Shown here one piece after another: positions 27,550-42,200 of a DNA stretch of 64,000 bases. Origin of the DNA: Raillietiella orientalis (lineage: Eukaryota); the NCBI GenBank assembly GCA_036172245.1, contig JAYWIR010000004.1, positions 3,844,001 to 3,908,000 on the forward strand. Reading direction: 5' to 3'. Each line of letters begins with the position of its first letter. Positions within the stretch are counted from its first letter, which is position 1. Under the pieces are notes generated by a model. The model saw only the letters and a list, made by a program, of their open reading frames with translations, ran no database searches and was not told the origin of the DNA. The translations under genes and the position numbers were made by a program.

Positions 27550-30500
27550 ATCCATCTCGTGAAAGTCTCCTGTATTCCTCGAGGAATCTATACAAGAACA
27601 AGCTGCAATCATGAAAGTTGAAAGAGGAAGAAATGTCAAATGTTAAATTAGTACACAGCGGGAGATGAAGCACCGATAAAAGCGAGATTCGAAACGTATA
27701 CCCCTCAACGTGCAGACCCAATGCAGTGGGGATTATCCACAGAGCTCTCTCAAAGAATGAATGCACTGGTGGTTTCACTGAACCGTTCTCTACAGACACT
27801 GAAGGAACACCAGCAGAACCAAGAATTAACAAATAAAGAGATGAGAAAATTGAACCCACTGAATGCACTTTCTTTAGAGTTTGCTCTGAAACAAACTCAA
27901 GACTCGATTCTCTGAACCTGAAAGGGATTATGCTGGAGAAAGGAGAAGGAAAAAGATTAATGGTTTTGGAACTTTTTCAAAGAAAATGTTTATGGAGCTA
28001 GCGAGTTCCTAGCTGTTTGTGTGTGCGAAAACTCGAGCTAATCTTTGCTCTTTTCGATTGTCACTTTTCAGGAACCACTGAGCCGTCATATAGTCCTCAA
28101 ACTTTGTCTCTGAAGCAACCTGGATTGAAAGATTGAAAGTTCCACAGTCTCGCATGTTGAAGGATTGATCGTGCTCCAAGAGTTTTAGATGGCAATTTTA
28201 TAGTAAAAGAAGATGCGGAGGAAACGAAAAGCAATGGCGAAGAAATTAAAGCGTTCATCAGTAAATGCATCAAGCCTTAACTTTACAGAATAAGTCTTCT
28301 TAGAGAAAAACAATATCAGAATGAGGTTTTGGAAATAATGTCTCAGATGTTTTCTTTCTCACAGAGATGATTCTCTTTCTTCGGTGGGTACCAACAGTTG
28401 CAACAATCAATAAGTACTCAGGAAGGAAGAAGCTGGTTGCAGCTTGATGCTCCAGTCGAACGATCGAAATGCAGTCGAAAGCAGTAAGCGAAGGCTTCCA
28501 TCCAGCATCCGAGGTGAAAAAACACTTCTGCTGGTACTCCGTCTGTTCGGTGTGGGCTCCCCACGAACAGCGTCCATCCGTGCATGTGTTCTTCCGAAAC
28601 GGATCATTCCTGGAAAGAAAAAATGACAGTGACCGAGCCGATTCGAAAATTCAAACTTAAGGAAAGGGATGTAAACCCAGAACAGCATGTTTTAGATTGT
28701 ACGAGGCATCATCATTCTGTACTTCGCTTATAAACTAAAGCTACGATACAAAAAAAAGGCATCAGCAGACTCTCGAAGAGGAATAAAACAAATTTTTTGG
28801 AATTTTCCATGGATCTGGATCTCGAATCTTATTCGCGAAAATCTATAATCCGAGCGACACAATGTAGGTTCCTCCTCTAAAGCAAAGTCTACAGAAAACA
28901 AATCGTTTAAAGAGTTCGAACTGCCTGAGAACAGCAATGCGAAAACAGAGACCAGGCCCGTAAACAGTCAAACAAGACTCTGGAACATTCGGGTGAATTC
29001 CTGAAGGTTCAGGCTACAAAACATTTTACTCCTGATCAGGACCGCATTTCTCACTCCATTTGGAGCTTTTCGAAGTTCCCGAGTCTTTTATTACCATCCG
29101 AGACGAACTTTATATGCATGCAACACGTTGGGGGTATCTCTGGAAAACTCCTGGTGTTAGGAAATAGCACCTGGAAAGCTGTATATAAGTCATTCTTATT
29201 CCTGGGTAAATAACTGGTGGCCTAAGAAATTAGCAGTTTCTTCAAATCAAGCTTCGATGTAGAATTGTAATCTTCATGGTGTCCGAGGGTGCATTCACGT
29301 CGTGGTGGGGAGGCATCAGAGTGGCTTTCGTCAAGAACTTTTTCTTCTGCTAAGACGATGAGACCCACATTTGTGTATTCTCTTATATGAATGAACCAGG
29401 AGTCGTCTCAGGCAACATGTAGAAGTGCCTTCCATTTTCATCTTCCTTCTTCTGCTGCTGTCTCGTCGAACCCATTCTAGTGCATGGGTTCATAAATTGC
29501 CTTTAGGTGTGCTTTCCATTCTCTGACCGTTTCTTCGATCGAAGCTACGAAACGTTCTTGGATGCCCTAAATATGCATTCCATCACCAAGCTTGGGGTGA
29601 AGAGCAAGCTGGTGGTACTTCGACTGATGTGAAACTCCCTTCTGCTGCTGCTGCACATCCGATGAGCTCCATGAAAGTTGGCGAATCCTCACAGGAGTAT
29701 TGAAGCGCCGGAAATACAAGAAGCAAGATTTCTGTGTGAAATTTACAAAGAGTTGTTCCGTTGAGCCGACTTCATACCGAGAATCCTCTCCCTCCGAGAA
29801 TGATTTGATCACACAAATCATTCAAGATTTCCTAAAGACGAAATAAATTCTGGATCCAGGGTTCCCTCGTGAATTTCCTTTATATTTCAGATGGGGATAA
29901 ATCTTTCCGAAATTGAGGTTCCTCCTTGATTTTCTTCTGAAAATGTTCAACCCTCTCCACCATCGAGATGTGAAATGTAGGCGAAAATTTCGGTTCTGAG
30001 CGAGAATTTTGAACGAATCCAAGAGAGCTGCTCAGAGAAATGGGCTGAGTAGTGATGCATTACGGTAGACACGTAATCTCTTGGGATGCTCGATTTGTAA
30101 TGCTACTGCCCAAGGACAGTTGCATCCGAGACATACACCTTGAGTCTCAGCTGCTGCATGATATCAAGGACTCGGTGAAATTTTCTTCAGATGTCTTAAA
30201 ATTTCGGGCTCTTGGCACACATACGGTTTTGGATCATCTTTGTTCCATCTACTGAGAGAAATCCTATCAATGATTCTCTTAGTGATTATTTTGGGAACTC
30301 CAAGGAATCCACATTCTTGAAATAAAAATGTCTCTTATAGCTGTCACATAGTGACAGGTTACAGGAGACAACCCTGAATTGCACCCAACTTTGGCTTCAA
30401 AGAAATTAAGAATGTCGTCTATATTTGTCAGAAGGAGTCCTTGGGTCCCTGAATATAGTTGGCGTTATCGAGTTTCAGCTCCACAAACAATTCCTGGGCT

Positions 30501-33500
30501 TTAATCGCCTCGATAATTCTCGTTGAGCAAAAAATATTTATTCATTCGTTTTCAAATTATCTCGAGAGATCAAAATTGCCTTATCTTCCTTCCGATCGTA
30601 CTCTTTGGCATCGCAAGTTTCGAGCGCAGCAACTGCAAGCGCACGCAGACGACCACAAGTCTGATTTTTCTTTTCTTTTCTCTTCTTTTTTTTCCTTTTC
30701 CCGCTTCGAAGAGGCAATAAATCGACAAGCCAAACTTTCTCACAATCTTCATTCATCAAGTGAAATTCATTTTAACCGCATAGTCTATTGCATCTTTTCT
30801 GAACTTTGGATCTGGAGCTTCAATGAGAGCCCACGAGATAAGATCAAGCTGACTTTTTTTTTGCTGCCACCATGCACATGTCTGGAGTTTCCGTTTTTCG
30901 GTCCTGGAGCGAAGATATCAGGAACGAGGAGTTGTGAAAGTCTCTAAGAACTTTCTGCTTTAAAAGCGTGAGTGAATTAGCTGTTGGGATAGTTGTTTTG
31001 GAATATGGAGTGGGAATGGCAAATATCAGGAAGACAGTGAAGCGACAGAGATGATTTCTCTAGGATACAGTTTTTTTTTCAATAGATGAGCCCACGAAAT
31101 GAAGACCAAATCTGGATTATACGAGAAACAAATTCAGCCAGCCGTTTTGATGATGACTAAAAAGCCTTAAGAATAATTTTGAAATTCCTAGCAGTCGGCG
31201 AGCAAAGCTCACACATTCAGTAGTTAGAACAGCATCATACAGCATCTCGGATATGTATTCAAGTGTTATTGAGAAGTAATTCATTTCAAGAACTTGCATT
31301 ACCTTTTAAAGATATTTTTAGCCTGGAGTCTGCAAGGTCGTTTCCTTCGAATCAGGAACAAAACCGATTTGGAGTCCTGTATCTTGTAAGTTACATGTGT
31401 TGCTTCCGATAAGCACTCAGTATCTACTACGAAAATCCCTCGCTTCCTCTTTTGCAGAAGAAACCTTAGCATTCGACAGAGCTGAGGACAAAGGATGAAA
31501 TTTCACGATTTTCCGAATATCTTCTGAAGATTCGGCCGTAGGATGAACGGAAGAACCGATTGCCTATGTTCCTAATGAGCACATAACTCGCAAGTGCACC
31601 ACAACTTTGTCTCACTCGATAGGATCCATAACCTTTGATGTTTCTAACACCAATCGTGAGGATCGATAACTGAGGATTTTTTGAAAAATCCTTGCTGTTC
31701 TCCTTACAGTGTGACGTTTATGTGACCATATTTGTTAGTGAACACTGAAATTCGTTCCTAAAAAAAAAGGCAACTGCTTGCTGGAAGATCGAAAAACTTT
31801 AGAGCCATCATTTAGGCTAAGACAAAGAAGACAAAGAAGGGTGCGATGCCAATGATGGCACGAGATGAATTCCATGAGAAACAGTGGCCACACAACGAAG
31901 CGGTCGTGGTATTTTAGAAGCGTTGGATGTTACGGAATTGGGATTTCGATGTAAACTCTCGTGAGATGAAAGTTTCGCGTAAGGCAGCAAGAAAAGGCGA
32001 AGATGAGTTTGGAGGCAGCCCATTCTTCAAGGTAACTCTGGAGATCCACCTGCTCCTAAATAGGGCTCCTATTTCTAAAACCCTACACCCCCGAACTATT
32101 TCTAAAGCTTGACTTCCGATGATCCTTTTTCTATTAGGAAGAGATGCAACATTCCTCCATCAGTTCTGTAGAAATGCAGTTTCTGTCTTGTGAATCTGTG
32201 TGAACTTAGGATCAAGGGGAGCAGATTTTGCACGTCACGAACGCTTTTGAAAATCTCTTGATAATCTCCTGCAGCAGCCAGGAGGATTCTGACGGCCGCG
32301 TTTCTGTATCTTCAACTTTTTTTAGTTGGGATTTTGTAGGAGAAACGAGATTCATTGTGAAGTTCATAGAAGATCAGTTGGGAGCATAATATTGGAGGGC
32401 ATAATATCGGAGTGGTATTTTTGTGAGATTGCCGGTATTTGGGGTACGTTTGTGGAATGTGTTCGCAAATATCCTCAAAGTACCTGAGCACGTTTGCCAA
32501 GTTCCATTTGCCTAGCGGAGCGTTCCCATAGAAACGATAGGAAATCGAAATAACAGAGCCTTCACTTTCATGCAGAAGGGTTAACGAGGAATCGAAAGTA
32601 AATCGCTTAAGAGTCTAAAAGACGAAGATGAAGGCTTCCCCCGTTGTTGATTTCGCTTTCAGGATGCATGTATACGAATCAGCCTGGAAGCAAAGGAAAA
32701 TTTTCCCCTCATATGTTTCGATGGAAAATACACTGCGTAAATGAAATTAGTTGATTATCTTCGTTCTTGATACAAGCATAAGAGCATCGCAGCTCCTTCA
32801 ATCCAAGAGATCCTCCTAGCATTTCACGAAATACTTGGTATAACATAAGACCACCTTCTCCTGCCTGCGTCTCTCATCCCCGATTAGAAAGAGATCAAAG
32901 CAGAGACGAGCAACTAAATTTCGTCCTTCTCTTTGCATTGCTGTTGTCTTTTTTATTAACTTCCTATCGGTGCTAAAAACTGCATAACTGAGCAGTAACA
33001 GAAAGAAAGCTTCCCCAAGGAAACATCCAGCCATAGAACACATCCAACAGCTATAAAGTTTTTTGAGCTATCCAGCTCAGCCTCGTAAATATATAATTAT
33101 TAGCATCCATCGCACACGTTTTATGTGCTGAGTAGTAGTATTGTGAGTGCAGCGGTTGAAGCTGGGCTGCCTGCCGTAGCCGAAAATCTATCATTTGTTT
33201 TCTTCAGTCGAACGGTGAAATTTATCGGTCTCTTCTCTCCGTGAAGAGTGAGTTCGGATACTTTCGATGAGACCTTTTCTGCGTTCTCTGCATTAGCATG
33301 CCATGTGCAGCGCACGCAGGGATAGCTTTTCGCATTAAACGCAGGAAAGGAGCAGAACGAAGGCTGCAGCTTCCAGCATCCCCTTTTGTGAACAGTGTGT
33401 TCCCCACAGAAGCAATCACTTTGCTTTATTGGAGCCAAGCGTGAGCGTTCCACCTGATGAGAAAGCTTGAAAATTACCCGTGAAGAAGCATTTATTCCAA

Positions 33501-36500
33501 ACATGCTTCGATGAAGGTTCTAAGCAAATTACAGTTGCCTGAGCTATGTAAGGAATGAAAGCCGAAAGCTTTCAGGAGCTGAATTATAATTTGGGAAACC
33601 AGAAAGGATGACAGCCAACCTCATTCACCTTCATCTCATCGGACGGTTATTCTCATTTCGTTCTGAGCTAGCAGTGGAAAATGTGCAGGAAGATGCCTGC
33701 TGCTATGAACTTTTAGGATGGCACATTTTCCTTCTCTGGGAGATGGAAAATGGGAATTTTTTTTTTTCTTCTTCTTCTTCCCTTGCTGTGAAATGGAGGA
33801 AACTATCGAAACGGTTTCCACATTTCGGAATTGTAAGTTGAGGATCAGAGATAGTGCTGCCGCACACAGGCGGCCTGTGACACCTGCCTATTTAATATAT
33901 CCACCCCCTCGTTATTCAAGTTGCACGTTCACCCCACAGAATATCATAATTCCCTTCCCCCTCCTTTGATGCACGGATCTTCTTTTACCAAAGGCTTCAG
34001 TTCCATGAGCTTCCCTATTCTGCGTGGGCGTTGACAGTCTTCGCAGCACGTCAACCTTTTCACCTTCCCATTCGTTGCCTTGAGGAAAAACGCATCTCAA
34101 TGTAATCAAAGATAGACCAACTGCATGCCTGCCATCTTCTGTTAGGTTACCAGGGGCGTGAGCGCGCATCCGGTTCCAGCATAGTAGTTAAATAACTTGT
34201 GAGACATTTTCTGGCAGCATTCTGTCTTCTTGTTCATTTCCACGATGCCGCGTTATCAAATGCGATCCTCTGGGCCGAGTTCTGCTTCGTTTTTTTTCAT
34301 CCGAAGGGGGGAAGATCGGCAGAGGCTCTTGAATTATGTCTTCGGAGGGAATTTACGGCTCCTCAGCTATTACATCCCCGAGACCGATATCAACAAAGCA
34401 GTTTGTATGTTCCTCATTTGGCGCTTTTTTCCTCTCTCTCTCCTTTTTTTCCCCCCTATTTTTCCGGCAAGCTACACCATTCCAGATTCTGGCTGATTGT
34501 GCAGCAGCCCGCTGTTCTCCATCTTATCATTTCGTGCCATCTCGCAACGGGATTATAAGACTTGCTCTTACAAACATAATCATCACTTTCTTCACTCGAC
34601 AGCGTTCCAGCATGTCGCAGTCCGACGGATATCCCAAGCTGGGCAGGCGCACTTTCCATGAGAAGGAGGGGGCAAGGGAGGAGAGGTGCATCTTTTGGAT
34701 GCACGTCGGTTTCTGATTGAATTTCCGCGATTGGCCGGATGACAAATTATCACAATTAGACCGCCTTTTTTCTCACATCTCAAACAAGGAAGCTTCAAGA
34801 GTAGAAGTTCAGCGGTTTTCAGGATGCTGTAGATCAATACGTGTGATTTATCTCCGAGAGCATCTTCGAGGCTGCGCGTCCGGTCCCGTGTCCCGGTTGC
34901 AGCAGTCACGTCATTCGTTGCTGCCGGCGTGCTGGGTTCACGACTCGGGGATGGGGAAAGGATGAAAAGGAAGATAACGGCAACTACGACCACGTTCCAC
35001 CGAAAAAAAATTTCATGCCTCGCTCGCTCGCTCCAGTGACTTTGTCTGGGTCAAAATGGGTCAAGAGATTTCGGTGGTAGTTCGGCCGCTGCTCCATGCG
35101 AGGGAATGAGGGTTCTTCTGATTCGTCTCCCGCTGGACCACAGACCGCGGAGACTTTCAGTTGATCTTTAGATCGCGACAGCGCTGTATGAAGTCGGCGG
35201 GTAGGGCGAGATGCCGAAACGGCGAACAGGAGGACTCCCAGAACCGGGGAAGCTTGTCGGGAAGAAGCTGCAGCTAAATGTTAGAGAGCGGCATTCGAAA
35301 TTCATCCCTCCTGCGGCAAGCTTCCGCTGATGGTGACCGTGACCACCAGCGGAAAGGAAGCGAGCAAAGAAAATTTAAAATGCTGCACGGTACCCTTCCC
35401 GGGAAACCGAGCGTCTCAAGGAAGGGCTAATGAGATTGATCTTCTGAAGTCAAGCTCAGCGACGAATGCCTGCAAAAAGTGTCTGATCGGTATATGAGCA
35501 TCGGAGGTCCCGAATCTACCCTGGAGCTCTTTCGCCAGCTCAGTGGATGGTGCCTTCCGAGTGGCAGCAGGATCAAACCGAAACCGCTCACCGCGGGAGC
35601 ACGAAAGAAACGGAGTTTATCGGGTCCCGACGAGCAGAGGTTCGGATCCTGCTGCCCTTCTTGTCAAGGCAACTCGGAACCACCCCGATGTCCTGCTGAG
35701 GGTGACTTCTCCCACTACCTCGGAAAGAGCACCGGATTGAGTCTGGCTCATCGAAAAGCTGTCGGTTCCGTTAGTGCGCGCAGAGTCTCATGGTCGACGT
35801 TTGATTTTTCTCTTCCTCTGATGATTGGTGGATTAAACTGCAAGATTGAACAGGGTGATGAATTCATGTGGTCCTGGTGGCATCTATGATTTTTCTCGGC
35901 ATCCGTATTGGCAGCATAATTGATCCGGGATGCTTACAGTGATCTGTCATACTCGAGCCCCGACAGCATGTTCTCAGAACTTTAATGTGCCTGAACAGAT
36001 CCGAAAACATGATGCTGGAACTCATGATACGTGTTCTGAGAGGAATCTCCGTCTTGCGCGTGATCAGAATGCTTAAGATTCGTATTCCGCCAAGAAAAAA
36101 CAATCTTCACCCCCAGTAGTGGTGTTCGATTTCAAATAAAAGAGTGTAGAGTGCATTTCGCAAATGTGCACGAGGAGCGCAACTTGAGGAAATCGATTCC
36201 ATGGTAACTTGAGGAAGATCCTTCAGGTGGTGATCACGTGCCTCGACATCATCAAGCTCCATTATCATCCTGCTGGCTGAAGACATTTTGCCGAATCAAC
36301 CAGCATGATCTTCATTCCTCAGAAACCTCCTACTCACTGTTTAGAGTGGAAGATGAAACCAAGGACTACTTTTGATTTCCATCTTTACGACGTTGGATGA
36401 TGATCTTCGAAGCTGCGGGGTTTTTTTCCTCATGATCAAGCAAGTCCTGCTGATGCTCTCCCAGCCGTCGAGCACCCCACGTGCTCGCTCACGGCATCCT

Positions 36501-39242
36501 CTCGAGTTCTTCTGGCTATCAGAAATATGCAAAGTCGCAGAGTGATAGAGCTGATGAACGGAAAAGCATGGATGCTATCAACGTGTCGGAGAAGCAGCCA
36601 GTAGGGTTTGTCAGAGAGTAGTTATGGAAAGACACCCTCTAATCGAGTTGTTGGAACGGATACGAAGACATCTGGCTGTCCATGCCGATGTTCTGCGTAC
36701 ATGGAAGTCTTCCTTGCTTGTGATGACCGACTTGTTTCGGCTTCCAGAGACTAATCTTCTTCTCTACTGGCAGCAGTTCTCATCCGGATGATGAATGCAT
36801 GATGCGTTCTCTTAAATAACGCATGAACGAGGTGGTCAAGAACCTGCATTGCTGACAGGGAGAGAATAGAAGGAGCACATTGATGATTGCAGCTTCTAAT
36901 TTGGGGGCCTCAAGTTAATGTCATATGGAATCATCATGCTGATGATGGACTTCTTTCTGCGTCAGCACAGTGCTAGCTGTGATGATCAGAGCCTACGCCA
37001 CCATTTAAAAGCCAGTCAGTAACGCTGGTAGTCGGCGTCACGTGGTTAGCGCACGTTTCTAGTGATAGAAGATCAAATCATTTTTCATCAGTGAACGGGT
37101 GATGGAAATCATTCCGAAACAACTTTGAAAAGGAATTAGTGGAAGAGGAAGCAAGAAAAAAAAAAAAAAGGAGGGGGAGGCAGTAAAAGCAGTAAACAGT
37201 AAACAGCTGATAAACTAGCGCTGGGTCGAGAAGAAATCCTCCAGCAAGCAAAACTGAACATCCACAGGATGAGGTGGATTTCCGCGTCCTGATCCAACAG
37301 GGCATCCAGGAAAACGCTCATAGAAGGTTCTTCTGCCCCGCGAAGAAAACTGGGTATCGACCGAGTGCCCCTGATTCTCCTGAGTGCATCGGAAAACGAG
37401 TGTTACCCGTGGGCACGACTCGCGACACCACCTCGTGCATCGCCAGACTTGTCGTTACCGATGGCTGATGCCATCCGGTGGACTTGCACTTTTGAACCCT
37501 GGAGTTCAGTTCTCCCACTCCTTCTGCATCAAGAAGAGACCAAGAAAGGAGTGATAAGGAACCTTTCTTTGTATTCATGAACCGAATGTATCCCAAGTTG
37601 CATCTCTGCTTCTTCGATTCGTGAGTTTCACTCTACCGTGTGCTCTTCTTGTGGCAACAAGCGCGGCGCCCATTCATTTCGCTCAACTCTCTGCTCGCTT
37701 CGCACGACGAGCAACCCACAGGTCTCTTCGCTTACAGCCTGAGGGTGAGGAGGGCAACACGTCAATGAAAGACCAATCACTTGAAGAGCCTAGGGGGAGA
37801 CTCCAGTGGGGCGTCGTCTTCTGCCGCAAAACCACGAATCAGAATCTCACGTCTATTTTCAATGAGGCTTCTTCCAGCTTTCTGTTCTACAGGTGATAAA
37901 ATTCCCGCATTTAAAGAGTGGTCTGGAAAGACGCATCGTCTTCCCCCACGACCTTTCAGAGGCTTTCTGGTCTGCTTTTACCGATTCATCTCTGACCTCC
38001 TGGTTCCCGTTTTTTTTTTTTTTTTTTCTTACTCTCTCTGTAGTGCTACACGACCTTTATCAATGAGGCGCTCTCCAGAGTTTGGGGAACTCGACCGCAT
38101 AGAGCTCAAAGTATTTCCCTGGGAAATGATCCGATTTTGTCGCCCATCTTTGGATAAAGGCATTCCCAGATCTAAACTTCTGATTACTCTTGAAAGCAAC
38201 TCTCCTTCTCATCACCCATGGATTGTGGAACAAGCTCTCGTGCTTTCTCACCCTCCGCCCCTTTTTCGGATGGGGTATCCCAGATTCTTCTACCGTCTCT
38301 TGTTTGCCTCGGTCCAGAGACCCAAACTCACCTACTACGACGTGAGCTTTCTACAAAGGACATCTGGCAGCCGAAATGTCCTAACTTGTCCCGGTCGACC
38401 AAACGAGGACGGAGCTTTGAAAAGGTCACGCATTCGGCAAGCAACGAGCCGGCAGGCAAAGAATGATCGCTAAGAGAGATGAGTGACGGTCGCAAAATTG
38501 GCAGCTGCAAAGTTGTCCGTGACTTTTGCCTGCGGAGCGCGCAGTACCACACAAATGAAAGAAAGCTGGAATAATTTCCCCACAACTGGTGATGGGATCT
38601 GTTAAAGGGGCCGATCCACAGAACACTGTGTTGTTAATTTTTGTACTTCCTCTGCCGTCCTCTCCAGCCGGTGCTCTCGAGTTTTGCTGTTAGCGACTGG
38701 ATGCTCTCAAAGACTATTTTGATTCCGAAGTCCTCTCCTCCAACGACTGGAGTGGCTGGATATACTCCGGTTTGAATCGAAGAGGGATTACGCAGCTTAT
38801 ACGCCGAAGGCATCTCTCGCAGGTTTTGAGGATGGCCAAATGACATGAAATCATTCCTCCGCAGCAGCAAGGCTTCATCTCCCTCGAAGTTCTTGAACAG
38901 AACTTCATTTCTTGGAACAAACTAGACGACGCTAGGAGAAGATGGAAGGACATCTAGCATCGTTTATTGATCTGGAGGCTGCCTTGGGATCAGTGTCTCA
39001 CGAAGCTTAGCTAATGGAATGTGCACGCCTTTGTTTTGGGTGCGAAAGGGATGCGTCTCAGCAGACATAATTTGGGAACCCAACTTAGCAGGTGGGAGAG
39101 AGTTGAAAGAAACCCCCAACGCGTGGGAGAAAAAGAAAAAAAAAGAAGCTGAAGGAAGAGGAGTTCAAGTGAAATCGGGCAGTCAGCCAGCCCCTGATTG
39201 GGATGTCGAAGTGTCTCATGATTTCAGAGGCGGAGGTCATGT

Positions 39243-39279
39243 TCGGAGGCGCTTTCACAAGCAGTGAAAGCGCCTTCGA
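39243..39279. repeat. Inverted repeat: 16-bp stem (one G-T pair), 5-nt loop
   Basis: TCGGAGGCGCTTTCAC-AAGCA-GTGAAAGCGCCTTCGA. Confidence 0.9.
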
Positions 39280-42200
39280 TGATTAGCTGAGGAGAGGGGA
39301 ACTGCATCCTTAGATGAATCCACTTTCACCACAACAGCGATCTCTAACGAGATGAGAAAACAGAGTCGATCCACTGATATTCTTCTGCCTTCAGTTCATC
39401 TCTGCTGTGGAAGTTTGCACCACACGTTCCAGGCATGTGGGATGCCTGAGGCTGCACATCTGATCCTGTTTTGTTTTGTTTTTTCTTTTGTTATCTCTCT
39501 CGAAGCGCTTGGTTTGGCGAAGTTTCGAAGGATCAACTGATCAGCTGTGCCCAGAATTTTCTTCCTGGAATGCTTCCTCATCCCAGAGCTCCAAGCGAGA
39601 GGCACGGCGTCGGTTGTTTTCCGAATTCTGGAAAACCAACATCTTGGAAGAGAACGCTCCTTCCTCCGTCTTCCCCGCTACAGCAACTCCCGCAGTCCTT
39701 TTTTTCCGCTCTGTTTCTGTTGATCCTGGATCCTCTGTCGAGATCCGCCGGCGGATTGATGGGACGTGGAAGGCAACAGCGGACTTGCTGTGCCCTGCAG
39801 GTGTAGTTACCCTCAGAGACCCTCGCGTCGCATGTTCGGCCTCCCCCTGTTTGGGATGCGCGGTTCCCTTGAGCCATCGCGGGCATCTGTTAGGAGGAGC
39901 CTCTGCCGAACGCCTTCGCGAGAGACGCCCGAGGGCTTCTTCGCGCTGGTGAGCAAGCGCCCCTCTATGTGTAGGAGTGGGTCCTGTTCGAGCTCGAAAG
40001 CCGGAAACACTGAATTCTCAGAAAACTTTCCTGAATTTTCACCTTCCGTGAACCTTATTTTAACATTCTTCTCGAGCCTAAATACTCCTTTCCGGATGCG
40101 TCGGGAACGTCATGGAGGGAACCACGACGTGGATTATTACACATCGCTTCGGCCCCGCTATTCCCTGTACACAGATCATCTTGGTCTTCTCCGTGACCTG
40201 GCAATGCAGATTCGTTTCCTCGAGCAATTCTGACTTATTACACGTTTCGTGTGGTTTACTAGCTCGATGACCTCCATCACTTTTTCCTGGGTGCTCTGTG
40301 TGACCCCGAAGTCTTGAACCCCAAACGTGCCTATCCGAACGGGTATTCTCGTGTTGATGGTTTGGATTGAATTTTCGTGTGAAAGAAATGTAAACAGCCT
40401 CAGGAACGATCCAAGAAATCCGAGGGAATGGGTTGGCTGTTCAAAAACCAGCGTGAAAGCGTGTAAGAAAAACTAGACGGAATTCTTGATTCAAGACACT
40501 GAGGTTCTTTCGCTTGGAGTTCGGAGTTTTTACTTTTTAACGTGGAGAAATCTTATACAACAGAGGCTGGAAGTGTGGGTTTTGACAGAACTCAAAACTT
40601 CAGTTGACAAATTCACACTTTTTTAGACTGCAAAGTTGGGTATCCATTGAATCCATTGAACTGTTATCATTATTATACTTGATGTTTATTGAAACACACA
40701 CTGATGCTCTCTAAATTAATAATAGCGTTATCGAAACTATGCTTCTTCCTTATCTTTGTGGAAGGATCATTGACAAAGAGGGATTTATCTTGTTAGCATA
40801 GGGACTTTAAATAAGTGAGAACTATGATCTTATTACCCATTACCCATTATTGATGTCATTGGTGGTTTATTAAGCTCAGAGTTGGTCAGAAACCACGAAT
40901 CACTTCATTAACAAATGGAGTTGTCACAGCACGAAGATCAAATGAAAAGCATTCTCGAATGAGACTTCAAATTCAGTAAGGACCGAGTTCTTCAAGGTTG
41001 GCGCTTTGAAGAACTAAGTGATGGGCAGTCACCCTTTCGCCCGAAATGTCTGCAGTGCAAGCACGGAGCTCAAAGAGGAAATAAAGGCATATCAGAAAAC
41101 ACGGGTAGGAACATTTCTTTAACAAGGAATAAGCAAATCCTGGTCCTTATCAATGGTCGCAACGCACGTGCAATGCAAAAATAGACTTCCCAATCTCTGC
41201 TCGTAATCGAGCACTTGGTTCAAACTAGGAACAAACATCTTAAAGTATATTTGAGCAAACACTAACGGAGTTGATGCTGTCAGACTTCATTAGTTTTCCC
41301 TCTTTTCAAACATTTATTTCGATCCACTCAGCAGAATCATTAGACTGACTTTGGTGCTCCGCATTTTAACGTCATGGACATGGAATTTCCATTTTTTCCA
41401 TTTTTTTAAAAAAAGAAGGTACCAGAAATGCTTTGATAGCCTGCAACCTAGGCAGGAAGCTATTCCTTCTTCCAAAATGACTGGTATTTCTGAATGGCAT
41501 GCCTTCTCACGCAAAAGATGATACCAGCATCTAACGGGAAACAGGATTTAATCATTCACATGGAAAATTCAGACGAAGGAAGACGAATTATACACATGTA
41601 TAACTGTAAACAGTTAACATGTGTGTCTTTTAGAATGGAAGATGCACTCATCTTGCATGAGTTCACCGTGTGTACGATTCTAGACTCGTGGCCGAGAAGT
41701 TAACTTCCTGTGTGCTCCTGGCGCTTAACGAACGCCGTCATTATCATCTTGCAGATATAGATGTAGACCCCTCAATGAATGCAAGCATGCAGCAATGGTT
41801 CGTGAAGATAAATCAGCTGCTGCTTTTTGCCTCAGATTCTCTAATCTGAATTCTTGTTGAAAATTTCGAGCAAGTCACCTACAAGAGAAGGCATTCTAAC
41901 CTTTTTTCAATGATTGCATCAATTCAGAAACAACCAAAGTGTCTCGTCCGACATCTCACTGCTCCCAAGAAACGAGACTCTATTGGAATACTTATCGAAA
42001 CCATAGGAAGCTGTGAAAGGATTGTTCTAACCCCTAATGGTCTTTCCGAAAAATTTCATAGTTACCTTAAAGTGTTCCATAAAGAGCTTTGGATTTAAGA
42101 GATGAGAATTCTGGTTTTTGTGGATCACCAGAGAAACTTGCTTCCCCTCTCGCAAACTGAAATCATAACGATGACCACAATCATTCATAATCATGACGGT

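Noticed and set aside
33456..33474. CTGATGA...GAAA hammerhead-like core (similar CTGATGA at 18608)
   Set aside because: Stems I-III cannot be formed, and the 18608 site lacks GAAA.
37781..38473. 230-aa ORF
   Set aside because: Non-ATG start, runs through a T homopolymer, no recognisable domain.
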